Positions 40,870 to 48,281 of a stretch of DNA of 64,000 nt are shown here, piece by piece. The DNA is from Phycisphaeraceae bacterium (GTDB lineage Bacteria; Planctomycetota; Phycisphaerae; Phycisphaerales; Zrk34). The notes below the pieces were generated by a model. That model was not told the origin of the DNA. It searched no databases and was given only the letters and a program-made list of their open reading frames with translations. The DNA is taken from positions 1-64,000 of the forward strand of contig JBBDRF010000001.1 of NCBI GenBank assembly GCA_040905565.1. Direction: 5' to 3'. Position numbers and translations under genes: made by a program. Every line of letters starts with the position of its first letter. Within the stretch, counting starts at the first letter, position 1.

Positions 40870-40917
40870 TGCCCAGCATCAAGGCACGAAGCCGGGCCGC
40901 TGCACAACATTTAGACA
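40870..40917. promoter_or_regulatory. Possible tandem NtrC-like enhancer sites
   Basis: TGCCC-N7-AGGCA (40870-40886) and TGCAC-N7-AGACA (40901-40917), 31 bp apart; compare TGCAC-N7-GTGCA. Confidence 0.45.
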
Positions 40918-40964
40918 CGCCCGGCGACGGCCCGGCGTGAATCGCCGCCGCGATATGGCCGATC

Positions 40965-41189
40965 ATGCTGACGAGGCATAAACTCATTCCGGAGGAGGAT
41001 CCTGCCTTGAACAATCTCGCCGATTCCCGGCTGGTCACGATGCGACTGCTGGCCACGCTCCCCATCTATCGCCGCTGGCAGAACCGCGCCATCAGCCCCG
41101 CCATCACCCGCTGGATCGACCACGCCGACGCTCAGCAACTGATGACCGCCGCCGCCGCCATCCTCACCCGCCTCACCCAAATGAAGTAG
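40965..41189 (+). CDS. Small hypothetical protein (74 aa)
   Basis: ORF with GC3-rich codons and amphipathic character; no family recognised. Confidence 0.4.
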   Translation: MLTRHKLIPEEDPALNNLADSRLVTMRLLATLPIYRRWQNRAISPAITRWIDHADAQQLMTAAAAILTRLTQMK

Positions 41190-41221
41190 CGCGACAAATC
41201 ACCGCGACGCGCTGCGCAAAC

Positions 41222-41295
41222 AGCCGCGAGGCTACGCCTCGCCGGTCCCCCGCCCCCCCCGCGCCGGTCACCGGCGACGCGTAGCGTCGCGGCTA
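41222..41295. repeat. Inverted pair of REP-like family G (TAG-CCGCGACGC-TAC-GCGTCGCCGG-T)
   Basis: agccgcgaggctacgcctcgccggt (41222-41246) and inverted accggcgacgcgtagcgtcgcggcta (41270-41295), with a compensatory G-C/C-G swap. Confidence 0.75.
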
Positions 41296-41317
41296 ATTCA
41301 TCGCTACGCTTGCAGGC

Positions 41318-43075
41318 ATGTCCACCAACACCGAACTCGCCCGACGTTTCGATCGCATGGCTGCCCTCCTCGAGCTGCTTGGCGAGAACCGCTTCCGCGC
41401 CATCGCCTACCACAAAGCCTCCCGCGCCCTTTCCGAACAAACCCGTGATGTCTGCGAACTGGCGGACGATATCGCCAAGCTCACCGCGCTCGAAGGCATC
41501 GGCAAGGGCCTCGCTGAGAAGATCATCGAGTACTGCCAGACCGGCCACATCACCGAGCTTGATGAGCTGCTCGACAAGGTCCCGCCCGGCGTCCTGACCC
41601 TCCTGGAAATCCCCGGCCTCGGGCCGAAATCCGTCGCCAACCTCTGGAAAAAAGCGAACGTCACCTCGCTCGAGGACCTGAAAAAGAAGCTCGAAACGGA
41701 CGAACTGCAGGATCTCCCCCGCCTGGGCAAAAAGACCCTGGAGAACCTCGCCCGCTCCATCGCTTTCGCCGAGTCGGCCGGCGAGCGTGTGCTGATTCAC
41801 AAAGCGATGGCCGTGGCCGAGGCCGTGGTCGCCGAGCTGAGCGAGCTGCCGAACGTGACGCGTTGCGATTACGCCGGGTCGCTCCGCCGAGGCAGCGAGA
41901 CCATCGGCGACGTCGACATCCTCGCTGCCTGCGCTGATCCGAAGAAGCAGGCCGCCGCGATCAGCCTTGCGTTTCAGAAGATGGCGAACGTGAACGATGT
42001 CCTCCTGGCCGGCGAAAAGAAGACCAGCGTCCGCACCATCGACAACCTGCAGATCGACCTCCGCATCGTCGACGAACAACGCTACGGCGCTGCCCTGCTC
42101 TACTTCACCGGTTCCAAAGCTCACAACGTCGCCCTCCGCGAGCGCGCCATCCGTGCCCATTACAAGCTAAACGAGTACGGCCTTTTCAAATCCGCTGAGC
42201 CCGACACCGAGCCGCCCGCTCCCGAAGCCGAGCCCGTCGCCGCGGGAACCGAAGCCGCCATCTACCGCAAATTGAAGCTGGCCTACATCGCGCCGGAACT
42301 GCGGGAGGACCGTGGCGAGATCGACGCCGCCGCCCACAACAAGCTGCCGAAGCTGCTGGAACTGGGCGACATCCGCTGTGAACTGCACGCCCACACCACC
42401 GCGAGCGACGGTCACTGGTCGATCGAAGAACTCGCCATCGCAGCCCGCGACCGAGGCTTCCACACCATCGCCGTGACCGACCATTCCCAAAGCTCCGCCA
42501 TCGCCAACGGTCTCACCGTGCCCCGACTCCTTCAACACATCAAAGCGATCCGCGAAGCGGCGAAGCACGTCGACAACATCACCATCCTCGCTGGCTCCGA
42601 GGTCGATATCCTCGCCGACGGGCGGCTGGATTACCCCGACGACGTTCTCGCCCAGCTGGACATCGTCGTGGCCTCGCCGCACGCTTCGCTGAAACAGGAG
42701 CCCGCCAAGGCCACCGCCCGGCTGCTCCGCGCGATCGAGAATCCCTACGTGCACATCCTCGGCCATCCGACGGGCAGGCTGGTGAATCGGCGCGAGGGCC
42801 TCAAGCCCGACATGCATCGCATCATCGAAGCGGCAGCAGAAACCGGCACGGCTCTGGAGATCAACGCCAACCCCCACCGCCTGGACCTGCGTGATACGCA
42901 CGCCCATGCTGCGATCCAAGCCGGCTGCAAACTCGCGATCAACACCGACGCGCACGGCCCGCCCGACATGGACCACCTCCGCTACGGCGTCCTCACCGCC
43001 CGCCGCGCCTGGGCCACCAAGGCCGACGTCATCAACACCTTCACCCCCGCCGCCCTCAAAAAATGGCTCAAATAA
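41318..43075 (+). CDS. polX: DNA polymerase X with PHP 3'-5' exonuclease domain
   Basis: GENRFRAIAY, AGSLRR...GDVDIL, QIDLR, YFTGSKAHN, PHP motifs HAHTTASDG, TDHS, HPTGR, NTDAH. Confidence 0.95.
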   Translation: MSTNTELARRFDRMAALLELLGENRFRAIAYHKASRALSEQTRDVCELADDIAKLTALEGIGKGLAEKIIEYCQTGHITELDELLDKVPPGVLTLLEIPGLGPKSVANLWKKANVTSLEDLKKKLETDELQDLPRLGKKTLENLARSIAFAESAGERVLIHKAMAVAEAVVAELSELPNVTRCDYAGSLRRGSETIGDVDILAACADPKKQAAAISLAFQKMANVNDVLLAGEKKTSVRTIDNLQIDLRIVDEQRYGAALLYFTGSKAHNVALRERAIRAHYKLNEYGLFKSAEPDTEPPAPEAEPVAAGTEAAIYRKLKLAYIAPELREDRGEIDAAAHNKLPKLLELGDIRCELHAHTTASDGHWSIEELAIAARDRGFHTIAVTDHSQSSAIANGLTVPRLLQHIKAIREAAKHVDNITILAGSEVDILADGRLDYPDDVLAQLDIVVASPHASLKQEPAKATARLLRAIENPYVHILGHPTGRLVNRREGLKPDMHRIIEAAAETGTALEINANPHRLDLRDTHAHAAIQAGCKLAINTDAHGPPDMDHLRYGVLTARRAWATKADVINTFTPAALKKWLK

Positions 43076-43079
43076 CACA

Positions 43080-43103
43080 GAGCCGGGCTGTCCCCAGCCC
43101 GGT
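43080..43103 (+). repeat. REP-like family B single unit
   Basis: gag ccgggctg tccc cagcccgg t; perfect 8-bp stem. Confidence 0.8.
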
Positions 43104-43129
43104 CGGTCATCGGCTACACTGACCGCCCT

Positions 43130-43528
43130 ATGTCTATTCTCGCGCACGGTATCGACCTCGTCGAAATCCAACGCATCACCGACATGATGCAACGGCACGG
43201 CGACCGCTTTCTCTCACGCTGTTTCACCGCAGCCGAGCAGGCCTATGCCATGGAATCGGCCAAGCGACGCGACGAGCGCCTCGCCGCCCGCTTCGCCGCC
43301 AAGGAAGCCGGCCTCAAAGCCATCGGCACCGGCTGGCGCGACGGCATCGCCTGGACCGATGTCGAAGTCACCCGCCTCCCCTCCGGTCAGCCCCAGCTCA
43401 AGCTGCACAACCGTGCCCGCGAAGTGGCCGAGAGCCTCGGCGTCACCCGCCTGCTCGTGAGCCTGTCGCACACCGACGATCACGCCATCGCGTCGGTCAT
43501 CGCCATCGGCCGCGAGGCTTCGTCATGA
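43130..43528 (+). CDS. acpS: Holo-[acyl-carrier-protein] synthase
   Basis: HGIDLVEI, AARFAAKEA, KAIGTG, VSLSHT. Confidence 0.95.
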   Translation: MSILAHGIDLVEIQRITDMMQRHGDRFLSRCFTAAEQAYAMESAKRRDERLAARFAAKEAGLKAIGTGWRDGIAWTDVEVTRLPSGQPQLKLHNRAREVAESLGVTRLLVSLSHTDDHAIASVIAIGREASS

Positions 43529-44436
43529 TGCTCGTCGGTGTTCTCTGCGGCCTCGTCACCGCCGTCATGCACGCGATCGGCTACATCTTCAGCCGCCGCT
43601 TTGTCGTGGTGCAGCACGCCAGCGTTGTCCGCCTGCTCGTGCTCGGCCACGTGATCATGGCGGGCATCGCCGTCGCCGCTTTTCCCTTTGTTTACAGCCC
43701 CGAAATGCCCCCGCTCAGCGAGTATGCCGGCCCCCTCCTCGGCGCGTCGTTCTTCTACTTCACCGGGCAAACCGGCCTGTTCATCGCGCTGCGTCATACT
43801 GATGCGTCACGCATCTCCCCGCTGCTCGGTCTTAAGGTCGCCGCCGTCGCCATGCTCTCGACCGTCGCGCTCGGCACCACGCTGACGCTCACGCAATGGG
43901 CCGCCGTCGCCCTCGCCGTGGCCGCCGCCTGGATCCTCAACGCCTCCGGCGGCCTGCTCCCGCTCGCCTCCATCCTCGGCACCATCCTCGCCGTCACCGC
44001 CTACGCCGTGAGCGATATCTTCATCAAACACCTGCTCGACGCCATGGCCCCGATGGGCACGCTGCGAGGCCCCATGACTGCCGCCCTGCTCAGCTACGCG
44101 CTCTGCGGTTTCGCCTGCATTCCGACGCTCCCCTGGCTCGGCTCGCGCCGCAAAGGCGACTGGCTCTGGTCCGCCCCCTACGCCGTCACCTGGCTCACGG
44201 GCATCATGTTCATGTTCGTCTCGTACAACCTCGCCGGGCTGGTGCTCGGCAACATCGCCGTCGGCACCCGCGGGCTCGTCTCGATTGCGCTCGGCGTCCT
44301 CCTCGCGAAGCTCGGCATGGTCCACCTCGAACAACGCCTGGAGCCCGGCGTCCTACCCCGACGCATCGCCGCCGCCATCGCCATGGTCCTCGCCATCGCC
44401 CTCTTCGTCGCCGCTAGCCAGAACGCCCCCAGCTAA
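43525..44436 (+). CDS. EamA/DMT-family transporter
   Basis: About 10 TM segments in two halves; ASRISPLLGLK; ATGA overlap with acpS. Confidence 0.75.
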   Translation: MMLVGVLCGLVTAVMHAIGYIFSRRFVVVQHASVVRLLVLGHVIMAGIAVAAFPFVYSPEMPPLSEYAGPLLGASFFYFTGQTGLFIALRHTDASRISPLLGLKVAAVAMLSTVALGTTLTLTQWAAVALAVAAAWILNASGGLLPLASILGTILAVTAYAVSDIFIKHLLDAMAPMGTLRGPMTAALLSYALCGFACIPTLPWLGSRRKGDWLWSAPYAVTWLTGIMFMFVSYNLAGLVLGNIAVGTRGLVSIALGVLLAKLGMVHLEQRLEPGVLPRRIAAAIAMVLAIALFVAASQNAPS

Positions 44437-44445
44437 ACGCATACA

Positions 44446-44630
44446 ACGAGCCGCGACCGTCAGGGAGCGGTTGTGTCCAGCGCCGAGGCACGCCGACGCG
44501 ACACGCTGCACTGGCCCTCGACCACCCACAAAACTCCGCCATTCGATTCCACACATCGCACACAGCAGCGAGTGTCGCAGCGCTGCGCACAGGCTCCACG
44601 CACAACCGCTTCCTCACGGGCGCGGCTCGT
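44446..44630. repeat. Inverted pair of family A units (REPIN/BIME-like doublet)
   Basis: acgagccgcgaccgtcagggagcggttgtg (44446-44475) and cacaaccgcttcctcacgggcgcggctcgt (44601-44630) between convergent genes. Confidence 0.85.
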
Positions 44631-44645
44631 ATCTAACTTCGTGTA

Positions 44646-45428
44646 TTACGACGAAGCGCTCGTGTAGTACCGCAATGCGAACCGCCAGAACCACCGGCTC
44701 GCGGAGAACATCCCCACCGCAAACGCCACCGCTCCGACTATCCACCACCAGCCCGATCGGCCGAGCATCACCTCAGCCGGCACGGTGGTCAAAAACGCCA
44801 CGGGCACCACGAACGTGAACACGAATCGCAACGCCGTCGGATAGATCGCTGCGGGAAACTTGCCCGCATTCAGCAGGTTCTTCAGCACGTACGTCACGTT
44901 CTGAATCTTCACGAACCAGATGCTCGTCGAGCCCAAAATGAACCAGATGCCGTAGAGCACCACCACGCCCAGCAGCAACGGCACCACTGCCGACACGTAA
45001 TCCACCACGCCCAGCCCCAGCGTCGAACCGGCATAGCCGATCAGCACCAGCCCGTACGCGACATCCGGCAGGCCCCACAGCGAAAAGTTCCGCGTCGAAA
45101 GCCAGAACTGACTATCGATCGGCTTCAGCAGCACGAAATCAAGCGTCCCCTGCTGCACATGCCTGACGATCCGCGAGAGGTTCACCCGCAGCACCGTGTT
45201 GGCGAAACCCTCCAGCAGCGTGAAGAAACCCATCACCAGCAACGCTTCGTGAAACGTCCAACCCTGGATCGTCGACGACTGTTGAAACAGCAGGTGGAAC
45301 AGGAAGATTGAGCCGACCAGATTCCCCAGACTCGTCAAAGCAGAGATCGCGAAGTTCGCACGATACTCCATCTCCGCCGCCAGCGAAGTCCCCCAGAACA
45401 GCCGCAAAATATGCAAATACTTCCGCAA
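44646..45428 (-). CDS. ABC-2 type permease (DUF990-like)
   Basis: EMEYRANF, GTLDFVLLKPIDSQF, ALRYYTSASS; TTG start with GGGAG RBS. Confidence 0.88.
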   Translation of the reverse strand: MRKYLHILRLFWGTSLAAEMEYRANFAISALTSLGNLVGSIFLFHLLFQQSSTIQGWTFHEALLVMGFFTLLEGFANTVLRVNLSRIVRHVQQGTLDFVLLKPIDSQFWLSTRNFSLWGLPDVAYGLVLIGYAGSTLGLGVVDYVSAVVPLLLGVVVLYGIWFILGSTSIWFVKIQNVTYVLKNLLNAGKFPAAIYPTALRFVFTFVVPVAFLTTVPAEVMLGRSGWWWIVGAVAFAVGMFSASRWFWRFALRYYTSASS

Positions 45429-45444
45429 AAGGCTCCCACTTCAT

Positions 45445-45470
45445 CCATCACAAATCATACATCACACATT
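45445..45470. repeat. Degenerate heptamer array
   Basis: ccatcac aaatcat acatcac acatt between the two permease genes. Confidence 0.55.
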
Positions 45471-45473
45471 TCC

Positions 45474-46262
45474 CTACGCTCCCATCGCGGAGTACTGCCG
45501 CAGCCCGGCCCACCAGAGCATGCGGTACGTGGCGAAGAAGATCGTCGTCCAGAACGTCATCACGCCCAGACCGAACAGCAGATCCACCGGCTGCCCGGTC
45601 AGCACCTGTGCGGGGAACCAGATCAGGTAGGGAAACGGCGTCCACATTAGCACGTCCTGCATGCCCGCAGGGTACAAACTCAGCGGGGCCACCATGCCCG
45701 ACAGGAACATGTAAGGCAGCGCCCACAGCGCCTCCACCGAATGCGCCCGCTCGGTCCAGAACGCCATCATCGCAAACGCATACTGCACGCAGAATCGCAT
45801 GGTAAAGGTCAACGCAATCACGCCCGCCGCCGTCAGCAGTTCGCCCACGCCGGGCGTCCACATTGCTGCGGGATAGATCGCAAAGAACACCGCCCCGATC
45901 ACGATGATGATCGGAATCCGCACCGCCCGCTCCGCCAGGTGATAAGCCACGTACCGCCAGCCGGGGTCCATCGGATGCAGCAGATAGTGCGAAAGCCGGC
46001 CGTGGATCACGTCCTCTTCAAACTCCCACACCACCCATACCAGCGTCAGATTCCGCACCACGAAGGTCGCAAAAAAATACGTCCCGAACTGGGCCGGCGT
46101 GATGCCCATGTCCCCCTCAGCCGCTGCCATCATCCACACACCCATCAGGATAAACGGCAGCACCGTCCCCGCTACCCACAACACCATCTCCGCGCGATAC
46201 TCCATCGTCTCCGCGTAGTACACACTCAACAGCGCCCGAAATTTGCGCAGAAATCGCACCAT
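45474..46262 (-). CDS. ABC-2 type permease (DUF990-like)
   Basis: MEYRAE, GRLSHYLLHP, LSGMVAPL, GLRQYSAMGA. Confidence 0.88.
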   Translation of the reverse strand: MVRFLRKFRALLSVYYAETMEYRAEMVLWVAGTVLPFILMGVWMMAAAEGDMGITPAQFGTYFFATFVVRNLTLVWVVWEFEEDVIHGRLSHYLLHPMDPGWRYVAYHLAERAVRIPIIIVIGAVFFAIYPAAMWTPGVGELLTAAGVIALTFTMRFCVQYAFAMMAFWTERAHSVEALWALPYMFLSGMVAPLSLYPAGMQDVLMWTPFPYLIWFPAQVLTGQPVDLLFGLGVMTFWTTIFFATYRMLWWAGLRQYSAMGA

Positions 46263-46341
46263 CGTGCCCTAATCTTACCCCAACTCGAAGCCCACGGCGT
46301 ACCGCCCCACCCACCTTCCCCCCACTCACTGCGACGCGCGA

Positions 46342-46383
46342 GGGTGCCCCGGCCAGCGAGCGAAGCGAGACGGCCGGGCTTCG
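46342..46383 (+). repeat. REP-like family E unit
   Basis: 41/42 identical to the reverse complement of 12573-12614. Confidence 0.8.
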
Positions 46384-46492
46384 GCGAACACCGACCCCGC
46401 CCGGCCGCTCCTCAACATTGCACACCGCCCCACCTCGCCGGTATCCTCATGCCCTGCCACCCGAACCGAACGCCGACTCACGGAGATAGATT

Positions 46493-47068
46493 ATGACGCG
46501 CTGGACCCAGATTCTGATCGTGACCTTTGCCATCACCGCCCTCGCCCTGGCCATCTGGAACGACGGCGACCGCCCCGGCCAAACCGCCGCCTTCGCCGAC
46601 GCCCCGCAGCAGCAGCTCGCCACCACCGCCGCCGTCGTCGATCTCGACGCCGTCGCCAAGGCCATCGGCAAAGACACCGAAATCACCGAGCAGATCGAAG
46701 CCGCCGTCCAGCAGATGAACGAACGCCTCCGCACCGCCGCTCAGGAGATGCAGGAGCAGCTCGAAGCCGAACAGGAAAAGCTCGGCGACGACCCGACCGA
46801 AGAACAAGTCGCACGCCTGCGTCAGATGGCGGCCAAGGCTCAGCAGAACGTCCAGAACAACCGATCCGCGGCGCAGCTTCGTCGCAACCAGGTCCGCACT
46901 CAGCTGATTCAGCAGTTCCGCGAAGAAGCCCGCCCGATCGCTGAGAAGGTCGCCAAAGCCAGCGGTGCCAACGTCGTCCTGCTCGCCAACGACAACGTCC
47001 TCTGGTACGAATCCGCCGCCGACATCACCGGCCTCGTCATCACCGAAATGCGCGCCGCCCGCGAGTGA
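46493..47068 (+). CDS. OmpH/Skp-family periplasmic chaperone
   Basis: AVVDLDAVAKAIG, long coiled coil, VAKASGANVVL, DITGLVI; GGAG RBS. Confidence 0.82.
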   Translation: MTRWTQILIVTFAITALALAIWNDGDRPGQTAAFADAPQQQLATTAAVVDLDAVAKAIGKDTEITEQIEAAVQQMNERLRTAAQEMQEQLEAEQEKLGDDPTEEQVARLRQMAAKAQQNVQNNRSAAQLRRNQVRTQLIQQFREEARPIAEKVAKASGANVVLLANDNVLWYESAADITGLVITEMRAARE

Positions 47069-47078
47069 ACGCCGGACC

Positions 47079-47410
47079 ACGAGCCGCGACCGTAACAGTC
47101 TTTTTCATCTGTTGCGTAAGTCGTTGATTTTCGTCGGTAGCCGAGGCCGAGTCGCGTGGGCGGTCGGCGCGCAAAATCTTGGCGCACAACCGCTCCCTTA
47201 CGGTCGCGGCTCGTAATCAGCGATGTGAATTATCCTAAGAAACCAGCCTTCATCCGTTTACGCAACAGATGAAAAAGACTGGTAAGGGAGTGGTGGTGCG
47301 CCCAAACACGGCGCACGCCTCGAAACGCCCTCACATGTCGCACACGTAGAGGCTATCCACGCAGCGAGCGAAGCCCCCCGCACAACCGCTTACTGACGTG
47401 CGCGGCTCGT
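47079..47410. repeat. Family A REP doublet whose left unit is split by a MITE
   Basis: acgagccgcgaccGTAA (47079-47095) | MITE | GTAAgggagtggtggtgcgcc (47282-47302); inverted partner at 47381-47410. Confidence 0.85.
47096..47281. mobile_element. 186-bp MITE with perfect 24-bp terminal inverted repeats and 4-bp GTAA target duplication
   Basis: TIR CAGTCTTTTTCATCTGTTGCGTAA at 47096-47119 and inverted at 47258-47281; GTAA at 47092-47095 and 47282-47285; no transposase ORF. Confidence 0.9.
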
Positions 47411-47435
47411 CGCCAAACGCGCACCGCAAACCCAA

Positions 47436-48185
47436 TCAATCTTCCAGCGCTGCGAGCTCTTCTTCGGGGATATCGAAGTTCGCGTGGACCTTCTGCACGT
47501 CGTCCTGATCTTCCAGCGCGTCGAGCATGTTCAGCACGCGTTTCACGTCTGAGCCGGTGACTTCGACGGTGTTCGCAGGGATCATCGTCACGCCCGCAGA
47601 CTCCACCGCGATGTCCGCATCGGCCAGCGCCTGCCGCACCTGCTGATAGTCACCAGCTTCCGTGGTGATCTGCCAGTACCCGTCAGCCAGTTCGACGTTC
47701 TCCGCGCCCGCTTCGATCGCCAGCTCCATGATCTTGTCTTCAGCGACCTGATCCTCAGGCACGCTGATCGCGCCCTTCTGCGTGAACAGGTACGCCACCG
47801 AGCCAGCCGTGCCGAGGTTGCCGCCGCTCTTATCGAAGATCATGCGCACTTCGCCAGCCGTGCGGTTGCGGTTGTCGGTGAGCGTTTCCACCAGCACCGC
47901 CACGCCGTTGGGCCCGTAGCCTTCGTAGATCACCGCATCGTAGTTGCCGCCCTGCAGTTCGCCGGTGCCCTTCTTGATCGCTTTTTCGATCGTATCCTTG
48001 GGCATGTTGACGACCTTGGCTTCGTCGATGGCGTAGCGCAGCGTCAGGTTCGTGGCGGGGTCGCCGCCGCCCGCCTTTGCTGCGACGATGATCGCCCGCG
48101 CCGCGCGCGACCATTCCTTACCTTTCTTGGCGTCCTGCCGGGCCTTGCGATGCTTGATGTTGGCCCATTTACTATGACCTGCCAT
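47436..48185 (-). CDS. yebC: YebC/PmpR family protein
   Basis: MAGHSKWANIKHRK, YEGYGPNGVA, TDNRNRT, DDVQKVHAN. Confidence 0.95.
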   Translation of the reverse strand: MAGHSKWANIKHRKARQDAKKGKEWSRAARAIIVAAKAGGGDPATNLTLRYAIDEAKVVNMPKDTIEKAIKKGTGELQGGNYDAVIYEGYGPNGVAVLVETLTDNRNRTAGEVRMIFDKSGGNLGTAGSVAYLFTQKGAISVPEDQVAEDKIMELAIEAGAENVELADGYWQITTEAGDYQQVRQALADADIAVESAGVTMIPANTVEVTGSDVKRVLNMLDALEDQDDVQKVHANFDIPEEELAALED

Positions 48186-48281
48186 AAAAACACTCTCCGC
48201 GAATGCGTTGGGGGGGTGAGTCGATTTGAGTGAAATTGATTTTAGACGGGAGCAATCAGCCGGACGCAAAAACGCAGTACG

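Noticed and set aside
41318..43075. PolX as a catalytically altered variant
   Set aside because: The DxD (GDVD) and third Asp (QIDLR) are intact, so it is canonical.
20776..47410. Family A repeats as a CRISPR array
   Set aside because: Units are dispersed or inverted, not regularly spaced direct repeats with unique spacers, and no cas genes are present.
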